Shown here one piece after another: positions 25,449 through 36,702 of a DNA stretch of 64,000 nt. Location of the stretch: contig CM060731.1 in assembly GCA_030704615.1 (NCBI GenBank), positions 80,228,001 to 80,292,000 of the forward strand. Reading direction: 5' to 3'. Below the pieces are notes generated by a model. The model searched no databases. It worked only from the letters and a program-made list of their open reading frames with translations, and was not told the origin of the DNA. Source of the stretch: Takakia lepidozioides. Lineage: Eukaryota; Plantae; Bryophyta. Every line of letters starts with the position of its first letter. Position 1 is the first letter of the stretch. The position numbers and the translations under genes are program-made.

Positions 25449-26197
25449 TTAAACTTCCTCCAGCTCATCAATGGCATAATTGTTTGTAGAGATGCCAGCA
25501 TAGTTAACTTTCTCAAATCTCACCACCACTGGGTACCTCACTCCCGGTGCCTGCACCACACAAGCCAACAGAATACCAGTCTGAGCGACAACCAGAGTCT
25601 GGGGGTTCGATTGCAAAGATGGGGAGGCAGCATAGAAACAGATAAATTGCAGCCAATTCCAACGATCAATGTACAAAAACCGTCTCTTCCCTTCTGGCAC
25701 ACAGAGAAAAAACAAGCTACGGCATCCCTGCTATCCTTCCAATCTGATGCCCCTCCCCCTCCCTATTTATCCCCTGTTTCTCATTAATATCTCAGCGTAT
25801 TGATTTTCGACCAACACAAGATTACCTCAGCTTACATGTGGCACGGTCTGAAATCAGACGACTCTATATACTCTGTAAGAAAATGGAGAGAGAAAGTTAA
25901 GATGCTAACCTGATCAACGGCAACGACCTTTCCAAAGTCATTGTACCAGTACGACTCAGGCCTTTTGATCTTCACCTCAGCTCCTCTCTTAGGGCCGATG
26001 ACTGCCGGCTTCTCTGGGGCCGCCACAGCAGCAGCGGTATCCTCTGAGGCTCTTACAGAGAGACCGACGACGCGGCCAGCAGGTCTGGCCACAGGTCTAC
26101 ATTGCACCTTGGTCGAGAAGATGCTGCTCTTCACGCATCCAGCGATGGCGGACATCCCTGCCACCGCTCCCACGAAGCTCGAAGCAGCTGTTGCCAT
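25449..26197 (-). CDS. psaE: Photosystem I reaction centre subunit IV, chloroplast precursor
   Basis: Exons 26197-25910 and 25550-25449. Transit peptide followed by [30 protein letters not shown]|[33 protein letters not shown]. Confidence 0.97.
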
Positions 26198-28224
26198 GAT
26201 CAACGCACTGACAGTTGTGGCCGAGGAATTGCAGAAAACGCGAGCAGATTAGCAGCTGTCGTGACTCGCTGTTTGCAGCTTCGTGTTCCTACACTCAAGG
26301 TTCGAGGCAGAGAGACGACGAGTCTACCCGCCAAAACAGTTTTCTCTCCGGGCAGAGAGGGCAGCATCCACAGATTTTGTATTGTTCGCTGTCACGCGCC
26401 AAACACGCGCTATGGGGCAACGGGCAGTCTACCCGGAACAAAAACTAAGTCGACGGGCCCTTATCTTAGGGCAGCAAGAGGAGCGTGCGCATTGGTTGGC
26501 ATGGATGTGGGCACCCCTATTATCCGATATCCTACATGGATGACAACTGCAAGTATGGATGTGGATGTGTTTCATCCGTAGTGTTTATGGACTTATTAAC
26601 TTCTGGTAGGAAAACATTTTGAGCAAATATCGGAGATAATGGAATAACACGATACCGATGAATGTTCCAGCCAACGGAGTACATTCATCTGTTCCATTCT
26701 TTGCTTACAGTATCTCGAGAGAGATGATTCGAGAGAGATGAAGGCAAGCATGTCTGATCGTAAACATCCCCGGTGCTTGCCTCAATGTAGAGCAAAGGCA
26801 AGCTGCACAGAATTCCCCCACATCATCTGTTCCCATTCGCTCCATGTGTTGCCAAGTAGATCTCGTGCACCGCACCCGCTTACAATACGCTTGGTTTCCC
26901 AGTCAAGGGCTTTGGCATTCCAAAGATGTGTGCTTCATGTGTTCTCTCTTGCCTGCAGGGCGAACTTGATGAGTCTCTTTCTTTGATTTGACGAAGAAGT
27001 GATTCTGTCTCATCAATTAATATGACGGGGAATTTAATCCACCCATTAGCTGTAGCTGGAGCGACATATTGTAGAGAATTATCCAGCTCCAGATCCTTTC
27101 CTGCAGGTTTTTTGTTTGACGATGGATAATTTGTAAGTTGTAATCAATCACGACGAACACTAGCATGCAGCGACCTTCCACCACCACTCATAAATTTCAC
27201 TATCATAATCTCGATCATATGCAATTTTACTTCATACTATGTCTAACTTACAATTGAAATCCGCCCGGGAGCAGTCATAATATAGTGAATTGAGTCTAGG
27301 GGACAGGTTCCGTACAAGAAACATAGAACAGACTTTGCAATCTGAGCATTTATAACAAACTGTTGAGACACTCACGTTGCCACCACTCGTAGAAGTAGAC
27401 ATCCATAGCCCTGATCCAGGGGTCTTCGACGATAGCCAGCTACTGTGGGGGGTAGTACTAGTTTTGCAAGCTGCTTGCTGGACATCATAAATGTTATGTA
27501 CGCCACCAGCGGAGCGAGGATTCAGGAACACAACGGAATTTAAGAGAGTATAATTACTGAATGCTCGACGTTTATTTCCAGAAATTGGTACGAAGGACTC
27601 AGGTGTGACCTTCTGATGGAGAGAAGAGCCTGCATATCCAGCAGCCAACGACAGGTTAGCGACAAAGTGTCTTGAAATTAAGGAAGGACCTCGCCGTGAA
27701 CGGCCTCATGAACTAGGGGAAGGCTCTACTGTGGATTATCTTGACCTCTCCTAGACGGGACATTGACAAGGATATGTTGATGGTATGCTCGCACTTCTGA
27801 TCAACTGATTGTTTGTCAACTCAAATTTTCTTAAGAACAAAGTAGCCATATGTTTACCTGATCGCAGCTATCCAACAAGATAATTAGCTGGCTTTAGACT
27901 TGCAGACGTCATGAACACGTGTGAGCTCTCCAGATGAAAGAATTCTCTTACCAGCTGAAGGCAGCTGCATACCTTTCCCAGGAGACCATGTGACCAACTG
28001 TGTCCAGCTCTCCGATTGCAGGCGTTCGTGCAAATATGTTGACTGACCGACCATGTATTATCAAGAGATCGTCTTCAAAACTTTCTGAGAACAACCGCTA
28101 TCTCATATTGGCTAATCAAATGGAATGTCGCGACCAGTTGAGCTATTGGAGATAGGACCTAAGTAGATCCATGTATTCAACCGTACAATTATGTTTTGAG
28201 GAACAACCAGGACCCCCAGAGCCT

Positions 28225-28950
28225 TACCTGGATTCGTAGAGCGAGATGCATACACACTGTAAACTGCAAGTAGGAGACTCTCTCTCTCTCCGACTGCCTA
28301 GGGGACCAGACAGTACAGCGGAAAAGACAACACAGCCGAGAATTACAGTTTACAAGAGAGTGATTACGAGACTAGAGTCCTGGACACCTATACTGGAGCT
28401 GATGCTACTGCAAAAGACTGGTCCCTGACCTACTTCTTGATCCTTCTCAAGCATAGAATCACCTGGATACGTAGAGCGAGATGAATTACAAAAGTGCCTT
28501 GGAGCTCTCTAGACTGGCTAGGGGGCCAGACCAGTGTTTTTATTTCTGGCGAAATTTCGCACTTTTTCGACCTCAAAAATCAAAATCGAATATTCTGTCG
28601 TAAATTTCCTATTTTCTCATGGATGAAATCGCCAAAATTCTCCAAAAAAAAAACTCTTGGATGAATTCGCCTAATGTGGATGACATAAATGGATGAAAGT
28701 ACAGAGGAGGATGATTCTGTCCAAATTTTAGTGGATGAGCAGAAAATATGGCTATTTCCTGCAAAACTCAGTAGCCACTCCTGTTCTTTTCCAAATTTGA
28801 AAAAAAAACACTGGGCCAGGCACAGCGGAAAAGACAATACAGTCAAGACTAGCCAAGACTTACAGTTTACAAGAGATGATAACGAGTCTAGAGTCCTGGA
28901 CACATATTGAAGCTGATGCTACAGTCCCTAGCCCACTTCTTGATCCATCT
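28225..28950. repeat. Diverged tandem duplication (unit about 235 bp); the second unit is interrupted by a MITE
   Basis: acctggat(t/a)cgtagagcgagatg .. cagcggaaaagacaa .. acagtttacaagaga .. tagagtcctggacac .. gctgatgctac .. acttcttgatcc occurs at 28226-28443 and again at 28461-28946. Confidence 0.85.
28532..28813. mobile_element. hAT-type MITE, same family as 2180-2464
   Basis: TIRs cagtgttttt / aaaaaacactg; 8-bp TSD ggccagac / ggccaggc; shared 5' sequence tctggcgaaa..tcgc...ttcgacc. Confidence 0.85.
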
Positions 28951-29933
28951 CATCAATCATATCAAGAGGCTGCGTGACTAACAGAACTGGGTCATCATAT
29001 GTACAGTTTTTCGGAGTCTTTGCATCAAGGAGACATCAAGCATTTATCCACGAACAAACTCTCGAGGATTCCAGAAATATTGTAAGAGAGACTGGGGTGG
29101 GTCAAGTTGGTCCAAAGTCATCTCACATAACTGCAACGACATGGAGTGTACATACTACACTGCTGACACTTCCTGCACGACTGTCATGTGCATGGGCATA
29201 CGGCTAAGGGTGGTTGACATGGCAGGTCTGCCGGTCTGTGACAAATTCCATTACAGACTCTCTACCCTCTATATGTGGGAGAGAATTGTGATGGTGTCAT
29301 GCAAGCTTCCAATGACAATTAAGTCATCTAGACCACAATACAAGTAATCCAAATCCTCCACACCTGGCCAGCTCTACAGTGTGGGACAACAGCTGACAGT
29401 GTAAGAGCTCATTTGCGGTGCCCAGGGAGACTAAGAACAGAGACCATGACTTTCTATAATGTAAAGGCACATAGACCTATTAGAGGTGAGTGTTGGCATT
29501 TGAGGATGGATTGACTTGATATAGAAGATTTGCTCCAGGAGAAACCAGAAAATTCCCATAAAAGGTAGGAGCTTGTCTGGCTTGACTATACACCGAAAAC
29601 AAAACCCAAACTTAAAAATATAGCAGGGAAACAAGACCAACACCCGATGAGCGCAATACACACTCTCAATATGCACTCTTTAGAAAAATTAAGAGCAGCT
29701 TTACCAAAGATGGTCCCCTCTTGGTGAGGTTTCAATTCACAAGAACAATACAGATGTATAAAGACAATGAAGAACATATGATTCTCTGCCAAACAAGTCC
29801 ATATGTTCCTTCACCTGTTTTCTGCATATGCTTCCAGAACCCCACCATACCCCCAGGTACAAGCTTGCAATTTGTTTCGAAACTAAGTATGAAGGCAAGC
29901 CACCTAAGCTCCAAGCCCCACCTCTTCAGAACC

Positions 29934-32725
29934 TCAGAGGTGCGCTTCCTGCACACGCCCAAATCAGACAGCTTTACTTAGGTTCAGACACTGAAGTTGA
30001 CAATTGAGACAACAGAAACAAAAAACTTTCAATCTAAACAAGAATGGAAGTGGCCACACATAATTGTTCTGCCCTTATGTAAAGAAGCCAAAACTGGCCA
30101 AGTGAGAAGATGAGATCAGCCAGGCAAAATAAAAGGCAGTCCCAAGTACAGGTTGGTGTAGTCTTCGAAAATCTACTGGATAAGACAGCACAAGGCACTG
30201 CTCCAAAAATGATTAGAAAATACAAGGATTTGAAACATCTCACTCTATTTACGAATAATGTCCTCATCTATGCCCTCTTGGACCTAACCAGCATGTCAAT
30301 GACAATCTAGCATTTGACCCTGTCTACAAATCCCATGCAAAGTTGATGGTTTCCACTACCAGCCCTTGCACTTACCCATGGCGATTGTTCCAACCTTACA
30401 GAAGTAGAGCTAAATACCTCCAGACATTTACAACAACTTTCCATATTGGAAATATTCTGTACAAAGATCTTACTTTTTCATGCCCATGACCGTGCCCATG
30501 CTCATCGCTATGACCATGCCCATGTGCCTCCCACGGGTGGCGCCATCCCTGAAAATGACAGTAGTTTTTTTGAAAATGAGAAATGCAACACAATAGGGAG
30601 TGACAAACAAAATCAAAAGGATCCTGATCCAGAATCCTGATTTGGCCTCATTGTTGAAAATGTCTCTCCTAACCCACACGTAATTTGCACTTAGGGCTAG
30701 TGACAGAAATGGAAGGGTCCTTAGGGCACCCTGTCAGTTCCACTTGATCAGGAAAGGTTGCAGACAAGTTATATTTCATGTATGGCCTTGCTGTCCTCAA
30801 CATGAATATCATCCACTGATCTCTTTAGAACATGCATAATTCAAGGGACATGTAGTTTAATCTACCTGCTTCCACCTAGATGACCACTTGACAGGTCGAC
30901 ATTGCCGCCATGTGATATAGTCAGCAAAGCCACTCTGTACTTGTCTCATCCATTTGATCTAAGGGATCACAAAACCTTGTGCTTTCCCACTAGATTGTAG
31001 GGAACGTATGCTACAACACTACTATATTGGCAGGTCTGGAAGAGGCATTGCAAAGCAGCAAAGTCTTGCAGTACTTTCTATGTATCACCTGGCATTGACA
31101 TCAGACTAGAAAGTGCCAGTCTATCTCCAGCAATGCTCTTTTAAGCTGCAGTTACAACATATGTGACATGTGGCTGTAGTTGTATAATCGCCCACAAAGT
31201 TGAAAGAAAAGTCTACAGACACACACAAATGAACACGTACCAAAAGCACTGCGCCGTCCTGCTTTGCCCTGTACAAAATCCAAAACCTGGCCATCCATTG
31301 CCAAACACCAAAACATGAACCACTAGGTACCGTAGCTCAGAGATTGCTGGTATAAGAGGTGGGATGCACTTACTACACTCATGAAAAGGGTACTTGTAGA
31401 GTTACCGCATAGCTCATATGTACAAAGAAGATAGATATGTTCCTCGTCACTCAATGAAAACTTCATGATTCCTAAGTCGCTGAATGATGGGGCTCGGTTT
31501 ACTGAGTCAACATACAACAGATGGCCCAGTGCTTAGGGCACAAGGTAGCCTTACAAGCGACCCGTGACCTCCTCTCCCTATGTGCAGGACCATTGCCTCC
31601 CCCTTTTAAGATGGGCAACTGGAGGCTTAGAACACAAAAGGTCCGCTCCAATATGAAGGGCACAATCTGCCAAGCCTGGAAATCGTATTCCTACTTGACG
31701 GTCCATTTCCAAGCACCTGAGGGTCAAATCCATCCAATGGAATTTGCCATTCATTGCCACTGGAAACTACTCTAAAAGACTGTACAAAATCTGTCCTCAA
31801 TGCTATTCCAGGCACCCCTGCTGAGATTTTCCCACAACCAGTGCTTGTCCACTGGAGGAGGGCTTAATGTAGGGAAGGGAAAAAGAGTTACTGGAGAGGT
31901 TGGGAGGGTGTCTCACAGCTCTTAAAGACAAATATAAGAGCTGAACTTGGTTGATAACATGCCAACTCTCAGATCTCCCCTTTCTTAAGTACTACCCCAA
32001 GCTCACATACACATACAGCTAAAAACCAACTCAGGTGTTGGTGAGCCATTTGGTAAACATCTGGTTTCTATAAAAACCTGGAATGATAAATTCTCTATCA
32101 CCTAAAGGCTGTGACGCTCGAATTATAGAGACTCTGGAGCATAGCTTTCTCTTCTGCCCCTGGGCCTAAAAAATATCGACGCCAAGGTCTGCAGCCACTG
32201 GTTTCCACGACTGCAGTTGCCATCCACAAACTCGGATGCAGGACGGCGGGGAGTAGGATCTTAGACAGCATAGAGCATTCACTCCATGGTACATTCTGAA
32301 TCCCAACCATCAACAGAATGAACAGTTTATGCCAGGACTATGATAAGCAGCATTTTGTTTGAACTAAAGGTTCCCCCATCAAGATTTTCTAGCCAGATCT
32401 CTTATGGTCGAAGGAGGACACTTCCGAGGACATCTTCTCTCAATTGAAAAGACCATGGGGACATAATGGCCCAATATGCATCGTACTTACCCCACCCACT
32501 GTTGTCTCAATCCATAACTGGTGGGATGACACGAAGGGGTTTCAGGTGAAATTCAGCATAGATTCTTTTTCTTCCTACTCATTAGTTGTTTCCTCGACGC
32601 GAAAGAGGTATAGAGACGTACCACATAACGGCGCACATGCCTTGACCCACGCGCCCATGCCATCCCCTGGGTTGATGCAAGGTCAACCCTCCATAGCTAA
32701 TCTCATGGCCACTATGCCCTGCCAT
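29934..32725 (-). CDS. NDUFB2: NADH dehydrogenase (complex I) 1 beta subcomplex subunit 2 (AGGG)
   Basis: Exons 32725-32622, 31286-31241, 30548-30474, 29948-29934 give MAGHSGHEISYGGLTLHQPRGWHGRVGQGMCAVMWFWILYRAKQDGAVLLGWRHPWEAHGHGHSDEHGHGHGHEKEAHL*. This matches the plant AGGG signature CAVMWFWILYRAKQDG..GWRHPW. The last micro-exon is less certain. Confidence 0.92.
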
Positions 32726-33403
32726 TGTCTCGTCTCCAACACACACAATCTGTGCAGCCCTCTCACAACACAAGCACAAACACTCCGAACAAGACGAAGA
32801 CGACGACAAGGAACATGGATGAATGCAGGCCCTTGCTCGGGCTTTCAGAACATATCAACCGTTATCCACTATTCATCGATATTTCTCACATCATTCATCC
32901 ATTAGTCTTTGGGAACACGGTTCCACTGAAAAGGACGTGTTCCCAAAAATTTATATCATACAATATGGACTAGGTAGCATTCGAGAGGAGCCCCTGCTAC
33001 CGGATATAGCAGGGAGCCAGGACCTACCGAGCCGCGTTAGCGGCGAGATGTCATGGCGACCTGCTATATCCGGTAGCAGGGGCTCCTCTCGAGCGCTACC
33101 GGACATAACCGGGTTTTAGGGCAGCGAGCCAGTCAGTTTACCCTTGTACGTACCTACCACCACGTTTTCTATCCATTTGGAGCTGTGATATGAAGTTTTC
33201 ATCCCCTCAGCAGGTAGGAAGGTAGTTAAAATCTAGTAGGTCGTAGAATACCACATATAGCACCCCTACTCAAATCCAGTAGAAACACGCCACGTCAGCG
33301 AGTCTGCTCTAAAGTATTGTTGTGCTTTATATATTATATCGATTCAGAGACGGTGCATGCCACGTGTACCGGTGGTGTTTGGGCAATTGGGGTTTCTCTC
33401 TCT

Positions 33404-33434
<31 letters not shown>

Positions 33435-33559
33435 TGTCGCTCGCTCGCGCGCATGTTTGGGAAGGAGCTGCGGGGATCGTGCAGCGCATTTGTGCGATCC
33501 GTGAGAGGGTTCTCTCTGTTGTGTGCAACCACTAGTTTGATTCAGGTGCAAGGGAAGTC
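32726..33559. promoter_or_regulatory. Shared divergent promoter / 5' UTR region of NDUFB2 and the Rieske gene
   Basis: 834 bp between divergent ATGs. Contains ACGT elements GCCACGTCA (33289-33297) and G-box CACGTG (33361-33366), plus a (CT)n tract at about 33395-33433. Confidence 0.65.
32973..33100. repeat. Inverted repeat (33-bp perfect arms) or small MITE
   Basis: tcgagaggagcccctgctaccggatatagcagg (32981-33013) is exactly reverse-complemented at 33060-33092. The arms extend to about 41 bp with 2 mismatches. Confidence 0.9.
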
Positions 33560-34788
33560 ATGATGATGCGCGGGGTGGGCCGGAGGCTGCCCTCTCTGTC
33601 ACGCTTCTCGCCTTCTTCCTATTCAATCTCTTCGGTTGCTGGGAGGAGTGGTCCTTCTTTGACAGGGCAGGAAGAGAACAAATCTGGGGAGGACAGGAGC
33701 GATGGAGTAACTGCCGCAGCAAGATCTTGGAACTCTTCATTTTCCCGCGGTATGCCTGGAATCCTTCCCTTATGAACTTTATTTCCAACCCTAGCGTGGC
33801 AACATTTTTGCATGACATTGGCCAGATCGGGGTCCGAGGCCCGATGAGAAGTCACGTTACTTGGCACCTGGGGAGGAAAAACGCTGATTTCTCCTGCAAC
33901 GATGCTACCGAGGATGTGGTTACAATGTAAGACGACCTTCCAATGGGGGCACCAACATGTAGACCCAAGTATGTATCCCCAAGATGTAGACAAGCCAAGT
34001 TCTTGTCGTGTTCACCATGTGCTGATCGAGCAGCATATGATCCTCAAGAGCATCCTTGTAAGCAGTCTAGGTTTTCTAGACAGTGGGAAAATGATAGATA
34101 AACTGTAAATTATGCACTAAAGGGCCACTGATTTCACTGCTTGTACTGGAATACAGGATTTGCTGCGGACTCATTGACGCATCAATCATCAGGAGCAATT
34201 CCTGCAACAGTAGTGGCGTCGAAAAATCCCACCAACAACATTTTGTATGATGAAGCTGTATATGAGCGATTCCCACCAGGAGACCCCAGTAAGAAGGCCT
34301 TCACTTACCTTGTGCTCACAGGGGGCCGTTTCATCTATGCATCTGCCCTGCGACTCTTTTTTCTCAAGGTTATATTATCCATGTCCGCCAGTCGGGATGT
34401 GCTGGCACTTGCGTCTCTGGAAGTGGAACTGGGCAATATTGAGCCAGGGGCAACTGTGACAGTGAAGTGGCGTGGAAAGCCTGTTTTCATTCGGCACCGC
34501 ACAGAGAGCGATATTGCACTGGCCAACAGCGTCAACCTAAACGAACTTCGCGACCCTGAAACAGATTCCGAAAGAGTGCAAAACCCCGAGTGGCTGGTAG
34601 TCGTTGGTGTTTGCACCCATCTGGGCTGTGTTCCTCTACCTAATGCAGGTGACTATGGTGGCTGGTTCTGCCCTTGCCACGGTTCACATTATGACATTTC
34701 AGGCCGTGTTCGCAAGGGTCCAGCTCCCTACAATCTAGAGGTTCCAACTTACAAATTTTTGGATGAGACCAAGCTTCTGGTGGGCTAG
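33560..34788 (+). CDS. UQCRFS1: Mitochondrial cytochrome bc1 complex Rieske iron-sulfur subunit
   Basis: Exon 33560-33749 (presequence [15 protein letters not shown]) and exon 34157-34788. Rieske boxes CTHLGCVP and CPCHGSHY, plus [13 protein letters not shown] and [10 protein letters not shown]. Confidence 0.97.
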
Positions 34789-35931
34789 GTGAGGGCATCT
34801 GTGCTCACTGCTGCGCATACAAACATCATCTTTTAGATGAAATGGAAATTGTGTTTGGTCTCATAAATGAGACGTTTACATGAACTATTCTTTAGGCATA
34901 TTCAGTTTGGGGGTTCCCTTCATTAAAAGGGCAATGCAATGTCCTTGTGTCTGGTAGCATAGCCTTTCAGGTGTAGTTTGATTCTGTTCGACTATCATTA
35001 CACATGCGCTATGTGGGTTATAAAGGGGACTTTATTTCTTAAGATTGCATGTATCAGTATAGTGTACTTCCACATTGTATATGTATGTGGCTTTCTTGTT
35101 GTGTTGACAGAGGACTTCTGCAGGTGGGTGACCTGATGATCCCGAGTCTCCAGGTGGTCAGATTAGAGTAGAGCAGGGCCTAAGGTATGTGTCTCTGAGA
35201 AAGAAGTAGCTGCAAAGATGAGGCACACCAGTGCTTATGCAGTTATTTAGGTTATCATCTTCCAACATTAGATGTGGGGGGATTGACTGCCTCAAAGTGT
35301 CTTTATAGTACCTACTTTGAAGGAAGCCCAAAAAAATTTCAGGTCTAAACCCTTCCTCCTATGATGTCTTCTTGGCTGGCCCCATCTCTTTCTCTCCCTC
35401 ACTTAAGACACATCCAGCGATTGGCCCTTGACAGGCTGTGTGTAGAGCTGGATGCTCTCTGTACATTGCTGGACATGAAAATTGTCTTTCTTCCTGTGCA
35501 TTGAGTAATGGGCTCTGTAAATTTGCCGGACATTAAATAAACTTGAACTTCAGCTTTATTTTTTATGTAGAGTCAAGCCGAGGACTACCTGGTTATGCCC
35601 AGGCATGACAACCACTGCCTCCCACGGAAGTATCCCCATAACTTCTTCAGACTAAAGCTCGTGTAGTGAAAGATACATTACATTTATATTTTGGTGACAG
35701 TTTGTAGTTAGAAGTGTGTAATTTTGCCTCATTCAACAAATTATACCTTTCAAGTGTTGCTGGAACATTGATGGATTGAAGTAGTCTTGCCAGCTGGTTC
35801 CTCTATGATCCACAAAGTGTTCTTGACAACCTTGGTAGGGACGAATCAATTCCACTACATCAAAAACATGAACAACTTGGGGAAATCTAGATGAGCTTGC
35901 CAATGTAGTGGCAATAGCATTTTTATAGAGC

Positions 35932-36702
35932 TGTGAAGCCTCAAAACGGGTCTGAAGCATATACTCCCTTCCTCTCAAGAAACGTGTTTTCACAACAAAA
36001 GGGGCAAGGCATGCTCGAGAGGAGGATCAAGCAGGTGGATCTGACACACACGGGAGCTCTCATCCAAAGTTTGTACACCCAAATCACATATACACTAACA
36101 CCTGAATACACCGCCCTGACACAAGGTCAGGGCGCCGTCTTTATACAAAAGCCCTAACCATGGTTGCCCGCCGCGTGGTGAGGCATCATAGGCCAAAGCC
36201 CATGGCGCTGCCTTGTAGCCCTAGATTTGATGAAGGGCCAGGATCGAACCACCAACCTAAACCAACCCTAACCTAGACATCATTGTAACGGATTAACGGC
36301 TTTATACGCCAAAAAAATATACTATGGATGTGTATCGCCGTTTTGGATGAAACGGGTTATTTCCAGGCTTAAGCAAGTGTGGGGCTTTACGTCTCTGAAG
36401 CCTACCCCCCACGAAAAATCCTGAGCTCCGCGAAGGAAAACAAATAATGGGAAACTATCACCCTCCACTGCTGGGTGAAAAACCTACCAAGGGAAAACCT
36501 GGCACCTGCAAGTTGGGCCGAGGACAAAACCCTTGGCTAGGAAAACCGTGCAGGGAGTACAGATGATGAGATGTCATAGAAATGTTCTAGGTCCTAGATA
36601 TGGCAAGTCCGAGGACCCCAAGAGTCATCATCCGCATACTAAGCCGTTAAGAAGAAAAGTGGATTAAGCTGAAGTAGATCGGCTAAGAAGATCAAGACAT
36701 CA
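35932..36702 (-). repeat. Putative 3' LTR of the gypsy element
   Basis: On the minus strand it starts TG at 36702 directly after a purine-rich tract (..gaggggcgcacggtgggg) and ends ..TCACA at 35932. There is no second LTR to confirm the boundaries. Confidence 0.5.
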
